Source of the DNA: Phoronis australis
Taxonomy: Eukaryota; Animalia; Phoronida
NCBI GenBank assembly: GCA_002633005.1
Contig: NMRA01000208.1
Span: 597,606 to 661,605, forward strand
Reading direction: 5' to 3'
Length of the DNA stretch: 64,000 bases
The notes below the pieces were generated by a model. It did no database searches. It was not told the origin of the DNA and worked only from the letters and a program-made list of their open reading frames with translations. Shown here one piece after another: positions 51,701 through 64,000 of the stretch (positions within the stretch are counted from its first letter, which is position 1; each line of letters begins with the position of its first letter). Position numbers and translations under genes: made by a program.

Positions 51701-54700
51701 GCAGTTTCTGACAGGTGGGTGGATGCAGAAGCTTCTTTCACACAATAGCCTGGAACGGCCCCTGTCTTTGATACTCCTCGAATATAGCGGTCCCAGATTT
51801 AGAAAATTTTACAAAAAGTTACCAATCTGCCATTAATTGGGTCATGGGACTATGTTTTTTGTAAAATGTGTAAAAAAGAAGTGATTATTCATTAATAACA
51901 TTCACTGTGACTTTGTCATTTGACTTTGAGCAAAACAACATAACATGACCGAATTGAATTTGATATAAATGATCCAGATGAAATCTCAAAAACGCTGTTA
52001 CAACTTTTTAAATTATTAGTTTTTTGTTCTACGCACCTTTTGATTTAAAATTTTTGTGAAAACAATAAAAGGCATATTTTGAATTGCCCCTCGTACAAAA
52101 GTGGAACATTAGAGATCGAGCAGTGTATAAAGCATATTCTGAAAGTTTAATATGAATCGTACCAGTCCACTTATGAGATTCTTCCGAAATTAGCCGAATT
52201 TGGCCATTTTTTTAGTGTCCACCTTCCTCAAGGTATGCATGCAAATCCCAGCTAGTAATCTTCAATAACATTATGTTGTCATGATGGACCATCCAGAGTT
52301 GGCAGGCAGCCAACTTTGGAGGTCAGAAGGCCACATGTCCTTCTACTCTATTATTCTTTATTGTGTTTTAATCTGACAGCCTCAAGATAAGAGTTACCTG
52401 AAAAATTAAAAAATGTTTGATTTCATGTTTGCCCGATGTGGACAAAAACAGCTGCTTACTTTCGTAATAGCCGAGATTGCCCGACCTCGGGAATCGAACC
52501 AGCCACCCCGATTTAACCAGTGAGCGTGCTAACCATTCAGCTAATAGGCAATTGCCCGTTAGCGAGTGGCTAACAGAGACTCATATATGATTCACCGGAA
52601 GCACTTTCACAACATTACATTTGAATTCCTTAAAAAAAATTGAGTGTAGAGCTTTTTTCTTCACAAAAATCGGCCAAGTTTGTAGGGAAATAGTAATTCA
52701 TATCGACAATTTGATTAGTCAATCCAATAGTCCCACTAACTGATGAGATGTTATTACCATGTTTTATTATACCCACACCTGGAGACCGGACAAAGGCCTT
52801 TTCAGATTAGTATGAACAGTGTCTGCAGATTGTACTCCCTGAAGCCCCTCACTTCCCTTCTATGTCACAATAGTAATGACATACTACAGCCGTTGTTTCC
52901 ACCGGGCTTGGAGTATCACTCAGTTCTATTTGTGTTGTAGTTGTGCCATGTATGGATTTCAAAGGTCCGATAGTTTTGACGGGCTGGCTCACGATGACTT
53001 TATGTCCAAGTATTTGAGGGTTCTTGCCAAACGAGCTAAAAAGTGGAAATCGCTAGTCGGTCACAAGAAGAATATATCGAAGTCTTTCATTGGTGAGTCA
53101 CCTCATGGAGAAGATATTCTGACATAAATGTAGTGTATAAACCCACCTTACATCCAAAAATGTTGCGATAGACCTCTGACTGGTCTCAGTGTGCTCCTTG
53201 CTCAAGTTAGAAGTGACTAACGGTGAGGTGAGGGCTGGCAGTTTGTCGGTGTGTGAGCCCAGGCTTGCTGCATTTGATCATGTCTCAGTCAATAACTGTC
53301 TGTCAGCTCTTGCCTAACCCTAAAATCACCTCTTGTTTGAATAAGGAACAGCTGTGAAGTTATTTCTCATCATCATTCTGGGCCTGGCTATTCAAATCCC
53401 ATTGGGGATAATAAAACAATCTTCTTAGCCAGCACCATAAACTCTTTGTTAAGCTGTGTTTAGTTACACAGTTCAACTGGGACAGTTGTAATACTGAAAG
53501 CAGGGTTCACATAGAATTAGTTTCAGCGACCTTGCACGGAGTAGTAACCCTCTCCTAGCCCAAAATGTGAGTAAGGAATAAATTCAAAGACTAGTTTCAT
53601 TGCAGTTAACAGTCTCACTGGAAGTCGGGTTTGTAGCTGGTTTAATTCTGTTATAAAATGGTATTTTACTGCTTGTAAAACTCACACAAGTTCCATCTTC
53701 TACTGCCTCTGACTGGTGTCAAGTACACTCTACTCATTCTTGTCTCAAAAATGTTAGTAACAGCCACCAATATAAAAAACGGAAATTTTGACTAAGTAAT
53801 TTAAATGTCTTTGTTTTCCAGTAAAAAAACATGTAAGAAAAGGTGTGCCATCTGAGCACCGTCCCATGGTAAGTTCATTTCTTATTCTGGGTTTGGCTTT
53901 TCACTGATCCACAGGCGTAAACCATTTGTTCATCTGTTTTGTTACACAGTCCAACTGGAACACTTGTATGACTAAGAGCAGGATTCACAAAAAACTACTT
54001 TCACTGACCTTGCTTGTCAGTTTCAAAAGGTTTATTGTATGTGGACAGCTCCCATGATTTACAACCATCCGAAAAATTCTAAGCCACTATACAGACTAGT
54101 GATAGCAGTTGAAACAACGAGATGAAAAAATACTTGAAAGCTTTATGAAAACCCAGAAACATTGCACTGCCCGTTGACCCAGTCTGTTGTATGTGGAGAC
54201 CACTAAACTAATGAAAGGGACTTGTAATTGGCTCCAGATTTCAAGTCAGATCCTGGATTTTGGATTCTATTTGAAAACTTATTGTGAATTCAGTTAAAAC
54301 TTCACCGATTTTCAAAAATAAAGGATTCAACTGTGTTCATATTTCTTGCTGAAAACATTGTGAAGGTTATTTTCTTGAAATATTAGATTTAAAGCTTTTG
54401 TAAATTAGGCCCAATGAAATGTTGGGACACAGTATGGCAGAAATTTCATTTTGTTAAATATTTCAACAAAAATAGCTTTTCAGGAAATTTTACTTTAGCA
54501 TGATTTGTATGGTGTAGCATTTGCAACAATATGGTAAGCCTAAGAAAAATAGAACCAAGATTTTTGTTACAAATTCAAGCATTTTTACGGTGGTAACATT
54601 TTGTTATTCTGCAGTGCTGGTGTTTTTGCTAGATTGGTCGTGATTATGTCACTGTGTTCATCTTCCTTTTTCAATGCAATGGTTTATCTAGCTACGCCTA

Positions 54701-57510
54701 TAACGATTATACTGTAGTAAAAAGGATTGTTGAAGTTATCATTCAAATGCTGACGTTTTGTTTGCAGGTGTGGATGTCCGTATCTGGTGCTCAGAAGAGA
54801 ATGGATGAAAATCCAGATTTGTATCATAAGTTATTGGGTGAGCCGAAAGATGAAGATGTAATGCATGCGATAAAAACAGGTAATTCTAAGAAACCATTGA
54901 AAAAATCATAAAGTTCATTGAAAAACATTTCCCCAGAAGTGTTCATTGGTTCCAAGCCCGGCCAAGAGAACACAGTTGGTTCTGGTCTCTTGGTTTTTTG
55001 AAAATCAAGTTGGTGATATGGTAATTTTTTATTTGCTCACTTTTTCAAAAAAAGAAAATCAATGCGAGACGAGGAAAAATTATACGGGGCTTTTTTCACC
55101 CATCGATTTGCAAGTCATTTCATTTCAGACTTGTCTTAACTTTTCTGTTATGTCTTTGTGCAGCTATTCAGAGAAACACGACACACTGGCTGAAATGAAT
55201 GCGAGTGCGTGTTATTTATAGTTGGGGTGCGTAGATATCAAGTGTGTTAGGATACAGACTAGAACCATCTATGATTTTTTGGTCTTACAGTCACGTCTGC
55301 TACACTTTCAGGGACACTTACTTATTTAATACACAGGAATCACTCTCAATGATTTTCTTTTTAGTCAGTAATATTGTCTTAAGGTTACACAGGTGTTCAA
55401 AATCACACAGGTGGGACCATCCATATCATCCCATTATTTGTGTGTTATGCGCTTCTATGGTTGTCTTGCCCTATGTACAGTCTGTGGCATTCTTCACTCT
55501 TGTAACTCTAACTTGCAGTTTGTTTTGAGTTTGATAATATGTGCTTGTGCACTGCATTTACTGTTTTAAGTCTTGTTGTTCCAGAACTATTTTGATTTTT
55601 GCAGCAAAGTGCCCATAGTCTCTCATATGATGTAGTAAGTTTTCATTCATTGTGTCGTTTTTAGATCTGAACAGAACATTTCCAGCTAATGTTTACTTCA
55701 AGACATCTCATCCTGATGGCAAACTCCGGTCTTTATTTAATGTTCTGTCAGCATTTGCATTGTTCAATCAAAGAATAGGATATTGTCAGGTATGGAGATT
55801 CTCTACTGTTGTGCTCGATCACCATCTTATATCTTCAGTGGTAGTCCTTGTTTCAATTAATTTCCATTATATTGTCTTTGGAATTCTTTGTTTTACCGAC
55901 CAAGTGGTAATGACTCGCGAAATAAACGATGGCACAGAAACAGTAACTGAGCTAGTACTAAGTTACGTTAATGGCGATCTTCTTAAGTTACTATGGACAC
56001 TGCTCTCTAAATTCATGCAAGTGTCATAACTGATAAACTACTTAAATTGTTGTTTTGTCCATATACCATAGACTGATCCAGTCAAAGGGGGGTTAGGACA
56101 CCCCTTTTTCCCTTGATTTTGGGTGATACCAAATCTAGAATTTTCAAATTGTTGACTTGCATCACCCTTTTTACGAAATGCTTGATCCGACCCCCTCTTT
56201 TAAAAAATCTTGGCTCCGCCCCTGATATACTGTTATACCATCAGGAAAAAGCAGCTTAACAACATCCTTAAACTGTTCTAAATGGTGTTGCTATACTTGA
56301 TGTATAGTAAAATTGAAACAGTTTATTAAATTCTTAAAGCAGATCGTGCTGGAAATCTGCTGAACTATTTCAGGGCCTGAATTACATTGCTGGACTGATG
56401 TTGCTGATCATTACAGATGAAGAAAGTGTTTTTTGGTTACTTGACACGTTGGTTACATATATTTTGCCAGGTAGTGTATTGTTGTTGTCAGTTTCCTGTG
56501 CTATCCTGAACCAGTGATTAACTGTTTTGTGTATGTTATTTCCATAATGCATTAAAAGTGTATTGTGGCATCATTATACCCAGATGTATTGTATATACAT
56601 GTCTGTGCTCTCAAATAAATTCAGGCAAACTGCTTAACTTATGCTCCGACCCGCTTACCACCACTGCATTGTGTACCAATACAATAGGATTGTTTGTCAA
56701 GTTTAATCAAACATGATTCTAGATCAGATTGTGATTGTAAATTTCGTGGTTTTAACAGTCCAGGGGAATGGTACGTAACTACCGTACTTAGAATTTTGCA
56801 GGTGGTTGTAAATCATGGACAGGTGTTCTTCATGCACAATTATAGACTTTTTGAAAATGACGTGCAAGATCAGAGAACCCTTCTCATAGTCAAACAACTA
56901 GTTGGCCCATGTAAGTAAACATAGGTTACCAAAGGGATTATGATCCTGACTGAAAAGATAATTGTTTTATTACCCCATATTGGTTTTAAATAGCCAATCC
57001 CAGAATGTGGTACTTGCATCTTTGACAGTCACTAACTGTTAAATGATACAGCACCGGACCAGCAGAGGGACAATCTCAATAACCACACATTTCAACATTA
57101 AAAATGTTGTTAAACTGATGCTTTGTGATTCACATCATGCCTGAATTTACTGCCAAATTCACTAGTCTGGGTACATGCATGATGGGCTGGGCTATTCAAA
57201 ACCAATAGCGGCTAATAAACCAATTTTTTTTTTCAGCTAGGACCACCAACCCTATTGTATGACTAAGAGCAGGGTTCACAAAGAGTCAATTTCAATGACC
57301 TTGCATGTCAATTTCAAAAGGCCTATTCCCTGTGTGTGAATGGCTGCCATGTTTTACATCCATCCCCAAAATTCTAAAACTCTAAGCCTCTATGCAGACT
57401 AGTTACCCTCTCCCGGCCCAAAATGTGTATTCTGTATGTCTTTTAGATCTGTATGCACCTGATATGGAGGGTCTGCAAGTTGAACAACAAGTGTTTGCTA
57501 AATTAGTTGA
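51695..57510 (+). CDS. GRTP1: Growth hormone-regulated TBC protein 1 (Rab-GAP), 5' part; exons 51695-51714, 52941-53092, 53822-53868, 54768-54879, 55665-55789, 56374-56470, 57447-57510; 3' exons not found in the window
   Basis: YGFQRSDSFD...YLRVLAKRAKKW, VRKGVPSEHRPMVWMSVSGAQ, Arg finger IKTDLNRTFP and Gln finger GYCQGLNYIAG. Splice phases are consistent. Confidence 0.88.
52470..52560 (-). mobile_element. tRNA-derived SINE head or tRNA pseudogene
   Basis: The minus strand has A box TAGCTGAATGG and B box GGTTCGATTCC. The anticodon arm does not form properly. Confidence 0.6.
53375..57428. repeat. Local dispersed repeat family in GRTP1 introns (~53375-53570, ~53887-54100, inverted ~56920-57006, ~57183-57428)
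   Basis: Shared blocks GGCTATTCAAA, GCAGG(G/A)TTCACA...GACCTTGC and ACCCTCTCC..GCCCAAAATGTG. Confidence 0.65.
56067..56224. mobile_element. Non-autonomous DNA element with a 6-bp TSD
   Basis: ATATAC at 56061-56066 and 56225-56230. Imperfect TIRs CATAGACTGATCCA / TGGCTCCGCCCCTG. Confidence 0.7.
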
Positions 57511-58361
57511 GTAAGTATCATGCATTTAAATGTTAATTTCTCTGGCTCACATTTTGATCATTATCATGAATGCCTATTACTCGCTTGGAATACGGTAGCC
57601 ATTCACATACCACAGCGCTCAAAATTTTCCTTGACCAGCTTCTGTTGTTTCAGAATTAGGGAACAGAAGTGGCTGGAAGTAAGCAATGGCCGCTGCCTGT
57701 TGTCATGGCAACATACTTATGCAAACAGACCGTAAAAACTAAATCTGTCTTTCAAAATTCATAATTTTCATTTGAATGTGTTAACTACAACCTGAGATGA
57801 GTATCTAAGTTCATGCTGCAACAGCATTGCAAGTACTGCTGCTCCTTTGTTGATATGTCCCAACCAATATTGTGTAACTTGCCTGAGCAATGCAAGGGGG
57901 CGCTTATCTGAGGGATCATATTGCTCGAAAAGAATGCTGCGATGACATTTGAACAGGGAATGCATCATGTAACGTGTATTCACAAATTTTTGTTATGAGG
58001 ATGTCGTCAAAGTGGAAGTGACCACTTCTAATGAGTTTATTGATATATTCTCTACGAGAGAAGCTTTATAATCAAAGACCGTTGCCAAGCAACACAACAC
58101 AATTATCAAGTTGCGTGATATAATACGACCAATGCCCTTTTATAACGGTAACCCTCACAGTACAAAACTTCAGGAATTAGAGCAAAGGAAAACCCACCAA
58201 AGAACCGCAGATGAAAGGCATTGGCTATTATGTTGGTGATGCCAAGAATTGTACGAAAAGAAAGTATATACTATTGTCTGTCCAGTGTGTTCATTATGGG
58301 TCTGTTTATCTAGAGAACGATGACATCAACAGCCTGAGGTGATGTAATTAATTACAACAGC

Positions 58362-60999
58362 ATGGTGTCTTTGATGCTGGCAAATTTTGAGGTACGCAAA
58401 CCGGTTGAGGGTGTCGATGTAGTATTCTTTCAGTGTAAGGAGCAATTTGTTAACTCTTTTTCACAATTAATTTCCTCAAAGAAGTCTTGGGACTTGAACT
58501 GTTTAAAAGTAATTTTGCAGACCATAACGGAAACGAAAAAAGGGTGCCAAAGATGTAGAGGACTCGAACCACATGATGTGATTTATCTTCAGAACTTCAG
58601 CGGGATCAGGCTGATGAACGAGCTCAGAAAAAAGTTACCTGGAGTTGTTGCCACTCGACGGAGCGAAATGTTGGTCAAGGCCAAACTTACAAGACAATTT
58701 AAGTCTGTTTTACTTCCTCGGCAAATTTCAACTGGTTGGACCATTGGTGTTGGCCGCCTTCTTCGAGTACTTCAATTTAAATACCCTTTTTTGTCTGGCC
58801 ATCTCCATGTGAAACTCCAAGGTGATGGGAGGTGTATTGGTGGGCGTCACAGCACCTACATTGGTTTGAGCTTATTAAATCACGAAATAATGCTAAACGG
58901 TCTGTCTTATCAAAGTCCAGTGTCTCTTCTATGAGAGTGATTCAAGAGATAATCTTGAGGAAAATATTGAAAACTTTCTCAATGGTATGCTGAATGAAGT
59001 TGATAGAACCACATTTTATTTAGGCGGCGATGAGATGTTTATCCAAAACATTTTGGATGGCAGCAGTGTTTTGTCACCTAGTAGCTATAGTGGATGGAAC
59101 ATTTATCACGAAAGTTCAACTGATTCGAAACAAGATGTCGCCGACACTGGTCTTCGCACTGACCTTAGTGTATTACTTGACCGCAGTCACCCCGAGTCTT
59201 TGTTGTCCACCATTGCCTGTACTCTTCATGGTTTAGCCAGAATTGTTGAGAAGTTGCTGGTGCTTGAGATAGAAATTATTCTTGGCTATAAGAACAAAGT
59301 CGATCTATTCAGGTAAATGAAAGACTTACTAATTTGGAAAGCAATATTAACTTGCTTGGTGTCCGTCAAGGTAATTTCAAAATTTCATTTGATAAGTCTG
59401 GAAAGGCCGAACTAGTTTCTCTCAATAAAGACCATCTCCTGACAATAATTAGTCCAGCACCTCCTGATTGTGAGTCTTTGTATTCGCATGTGCTGCACAA
59501 CGTGTGTAGCAATGCGCCAATGAAGAACACTTTAAGATCTAGTGTTAAGGACTATCTAACCTTACATGATGATATTACAGAGCTGCAGTGTGTGCAGATG
59601 ATTTGGCACAGTCTGTATTGCATGTTTGAAGTTCTGCACAAAGAGCCTAGACATATTTTAAAAGAGCAATCTCCTGTTGGGTCTCTTAAAGCATCTGACT
59701 ATACATTTTTGTATTCCAAACAGCAGCTGCAATCATACAAATTCCATGCTGAACGGGTTTTATCAGTTTTTTTGCTTACGGTATTCAGCCAAAAGACTCG
59801 CGCCTTACATGCTGAAATTTGTAGATTGCGTGCCATACTTCTTGACAAATCTTGAATTCCCGATCTGTAGGTTTTCTACTGAAAGAGGAGAACACACAAA
59901 TTATCGCCATAACATGTTTTATTACAACCACACGACACGAAATGGTGGAAATTCATCAGATGATCCACATTTTTCTATACTGTTGTCTCAGTGGAGGAAG
60001 TTGTACTGCGACATTGCCAATGGAGACCCACAGGCATACAAAGCATTTAAAGTTTACATTGACAACCACAGTAAAACAAAGGCTACCCAAATAATTGTTT
60101 TTGTTCTGGAGCAAAGTATGCAAAAGTGGAATGTTGCTCACTCCAACTAATAATTCTGAATGATCGGCCAACGATGCAAAATTGCAAGCCATTTCATCAC
60201 TCACATCACAACAAATGTCTTTTTCTCGTGAAAGGAAGCTTCTTCATGGCAGGTCTTTCATTTTGTCTGGTAGTATTCCAAAGTTCAATAACCAAAAGTA
60301 TTCACATGAACAGTTGAAGGAACTGATCGTTTCTAATGGTGGCAATGAGGTCAGGAAAGGCATGACTTAACTGGACTAAACGGGAAGTCGAAGAAAAGTT
60401 ACATCGTTTTAGTGAACCTACCAAAGCCTCCTGTTGTCGTTGTTTGCGAAGCTGTTCATCGTGGACACACTGTTCTAAGTTTTCAGTTTCTCTATGATAC
60501 CATCATCAAATCTGAGGTACAGGATACACAAACATATGTACCTGAAGTAGTTGACAAGCTAACGAAAAAGTTCACATTTGCTCCCTCCCATTATAGACTC
60601 AATTCAAGCAAAAGAGCCAGACTGATTTCCTTGCTGAAAACAAGGAAACGAAGGAAGAGATGTTTAAAAACAAAGAAGACGCCCAGGAATGTACAATTGT
60701 TCTATGCCAAAGTCAAAATTCAAGAATTGTTAAAGACAAGGCGAAACTTCCGTGATGTTCCACAATTAACATCAAAGTTTTCCAAACAGTTTTCAGCTTT
60801 ACCTGCGGATATCAAAGCTAAATACAAAGAGATGTGGTTAAAAGCCAAGGAAGAGGAGACTTGTCGTTTGAAAGAGAATGCAGACCTTCGTCAATACAAC
60901 ACTTGCCAGCAACCCAATTATATGTCTATTTTGTCGTCTCATCACAGAGTGCAAAAGTCCAGCAAGTACGTTGTGCCTACACCAGAATTGTCTGTGTAG
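58362..60999 (+). pseudogene. Frameshifted RAG1/Transib-like DDE transposase followed by BRCT-like and HMG-box-like segments
   Basis: Successive same-strand ORF fragments give VKLQGDG, FYLGGDEMF, CTLHGLAR, PYMLKFVDCVP and RFSTERGEHTN in RAG1-core order. These are followed by LHGRSFILSG...LKELIVSNGG and KKTPRNVQLFY...FSALPADIKAKYKEM. Confidence 0.7.
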
Positions 61000-63659
61000 T
61001 GCTTTTATGAAAGTCCGTTAGACTTTTTTCCATACTTTGTTGGTGAGTCCGGGTTATACTTTTATACGTGTTTCTGTTCGTTGGGTTTTTGTCATTGGGG
61101 TGTCCAAAATGATTTTTATTTGCTCAATGTGCATGTTGCAGTGCTGTTCTCTTCACTGTTAGTTGCAGAATTTCTGTAGAAAGTTTTCAGTTCTTGTGCT
61201 GTCTGTCAAGACTGAATTTGGTTTACGGTTGTCAGACCTCCGCATGTCAAAAGGCTCACTCACATATTTAGTATTATGGCCTGGTGAGGGACGAAATCTT
61301 TTACAGTGTCTGATATTATTCACATTACATTTTCAGTATTATTGTCTGTTTTCCGACTGTACTTTATCATTCCCCATTGTAGAATTCACATTTTTGTTGG
61401 TATCATTGTCTAATTGGTTTACACTGTTACTGGACTTACAGATCTGGGAAATGGTGTCAAAGCGTGTTGAGAAAAGTGTTTGACTTGCCAACAGTATTAG
61501 AATCTCTACTGTACTTTATATTATTTTTCATGTATGGTGCTATGATCTGTTCGAGCCGAGTTGTAGTTAAAGATTTTGACTCTTTGATTCACATTTAACA
61601 TGTTATTGACTCTTGGCAGATCATAATTTCGTCATTCTCCACATTAGAACTCCTGCTTTTGGATGGTCTTGCTTTGTTGGGCTTACAGATGTGACATGGT
61701 TTGTTGATGTGGGAAATGGTAGTTAAAGGTTGTTTAAATGAGATTTGTTCCAGTATTGGTACTGGAATCTTCACCTTACTTTATGGCGTTTTTCATGGAT
61801 GCTGTGATATGTCATAATTGAATTGGGTTGACACGGGTTGGGGCTAGGCATGTCAAAACCCTGATTCACATTCAGTCTGTAACAGATCACAGATCACATT
61901 ATTGTTATTCATTCCATACTTTTGTTTATAGTTGTAGATTTGTTAATACCAACATTTTTCAGTTGGGTAGGTGCCCCCCGAGTCTTTCAATCCATTCTGT
62001 CACTTGCTTTCCATGTTTTAAGACTGGTCTGACGTGATGATTTTAAGACATATTCAGAGGGGAAGTGTTTGTACATAATTATGTGTATTTATTATTTTAG
62101 GTCAGTTTTCATTTTCTAGTCTGTTCTGTTATTAGCGTAAAAAAGATTTAAAGACGTATTTTGAACAATGTTATTTTTTCTGTCTGGTTAGGCCAAATAA
62201 AAAGCTAAAATGGTTCTGATATGTATTTTTTGAAATTGAAATGAAGCGTTTTTGTTTGGAATTTTTTGAAAGGTGACTTAGATTGGCTCTGCTTTTTTGC
62301 ATTACCTGATTAGAACAAGGTTAAAGATGATGGAATGCCAACCAGCTTTTCTAGTGTACCTCAAGTTGGAAGAGTGGTGCAACTGTGTTATCATTTCAGG
62401 GCTTCTTAATCATTTAGCTTAATTTTTGGAGCTGAGATAAAGCCAATTGATTAAAAACAGATGGGGATGCATATACATAGCTAAATTTAAAAATTGAGCA
62501 GCTTTGCTAAGAGCAATGCGATGTTGCAGGTGACTTTTCTTCTATGAGCAGTGATGAGTGAAGTTTAAAATGATGCTGGCGCATACCACTACCATTTTGC
62601 TTTTTTCTATGGCCTTGCACTAGTCATTTGTTGTTTCTCCTGGGTCTATTCTCTGTGATTTGATTTGGTGGCACTTGTTCAAAAGGAGTGCTTGTACTTA
62701 TGTATATTTATTATTTTGGTTCAGTGTTTATATTCACTATTGCTCTGTTAACATACAAATGGTTGTGTTTTTAAACTATATTGTATTATATGATTTATAT
62801 CCCTCACTTAAAATGTTTTTTCTAGACATATTACCATTTAATAACCATCTTAGTTATGTCGCAGTGTCTTCGATTTGATGGAAATTCGAAACTTGCCTTG
62901 CAAGAGATTTGACCTTTGATCTCATAGCTTACACCTTACCCTTACTGCTTAAGGCACCTCATGTGCACTACAAGCAGAGTTATCAACAAGTTGTGGTCAA
63001 GGATACTCAGTGTCTGAGATGTATTACTTGAGTGTGATAATACTCAATGTAAAACGGAACTTCCAAACATTTTTTATGCGAAGCAATCAGTACGCCTTGT
63101 AGCTGATTAAATAACAATTTTTATCAATTCATAACTATGCAAAAAACCACCAGCCATTTTGACAGAGCAGACAACTGAAATATCCCTTTATTTTTGGTGA
63201 CATTAGTGTTTACTTGATGACCAAATACTGTAGTTCCCAAAGCATCAACATATGGAACTGAAAATATATACCAGAGGGCGAGTGTCATTTATATCATAGA
63301 TAAGTCAGGGATAAATAGGTTATTGAATGGTTCCTGAGTTATTAAACTATTATGAGAAACTCGATGATTTGTAGAAAACATTACTTCGTCCTGGAGTGAA
63401 ATTTTTTAGTAATGCTGGAGCCATTCAAAAATCCATATTGTTCTTATTTAGATTACACTTTGATTTTGGTTTTTCTGAGATGAGCTTTACTTTGTGGCCC
63501 GGTTTGGCAGTGCTTGAGTTGTTCAGACGAGAAGTGTTTGAACACGTGTTGGTGTATTGTTTATTGAGCGTCATCGTATTGTTAAGCTATAGTTTACTTA
63601 ATTGTTATTAGTTTTGCAGTCAGTACTTTAAATTATTTACTCCTGAGACTGAGCTTGAC

Positions 63660-63960
63660 TTAGTTATCTGATTTGGTGGTGCCTATTGGAGATGTTCAGA
63701 AAAGAATTGTTCAGTTATTTTGTCCATTACATATACAACATTGTTTAGTATGTGATTTGCCAGCTCTGTTGCTGGGCATGTTTGCTCTTGTGGAAAATGA
63801 GAGTACAGTGTTTTCGTTCTTTTTAAATATTCTTTTTTTGTATCCCATGTTTTTTTGTGTTATCGCATTAATCTGTTCAGGTTTCATATTGTACATAAAG
63901 TTTATGCTTATTATTCTTTGGCGACTTCATTATTCTCATAAGACAACAAAAGAAAAGTTG
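63660..63960 (-). mobile_element. Possible LINE 3' (zf-RVT-like) remnant
   Basis: The minus strand gives QCCICNGQ followed, after a frameshift, by TEQFF. Weak evidence. Confidence 0.25.
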
Positions 63961-64000
63961 ATGAATACATTTTAAGCCAGTATTTGTAACTGATGTCAAA

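Noticed and set aside
52470-52560. Functional tRNA gene
   Set aside because: A and B boxes are present, but the anticodon and acceptor stems do not pair canonically.
61000-64000. Convergent RAG2-like (kelch+PHD) gene or RSS-like TIR completing a ProtoRAG
   Set aside because: No kelch repeats or matching TIR seen. The single CCIC fragment looks more like a LINE remnant.

Overview
AT-rich, intron-containing animal genomic DNA, probably from a bilaterian invertebrate (taxon not determinable from the sequence). Five host genes are supported: the 3' part of a FRMPD-like (FERM+PDZ) gene (+, 1-6483), intronless FAM181 (-), the RBR E3 ligase RNF14 (-), the zinc transporter SLC30A9 (-), and the 5' part of the Rab-GAP GRTP1/TBC1D6 (+), head-to-head with SLC30A9. 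The most interesting feature is a decayed element at about 57.8-61.0 kb, downstream of GRTP1 exon 7. It encodes a RAG1/Transib-like DDE transposase core followed by a BRCT-like segment and an HMG-box-like segment. Three near-identical duplications each abut a single-N gap and look like uncollapsed haplotypes; one reveals a presence/absence 78-bp MITE with a 10-bp TSD. RNF14 carries an in-frame 78-bp duplication of an exon end plus its splice donor. The window also contains MITEs, a HINE-like element, LINE and SINE remnants, and satellites. All identifications come from motif recognition and hand-checked splice phases; no database searches were run.
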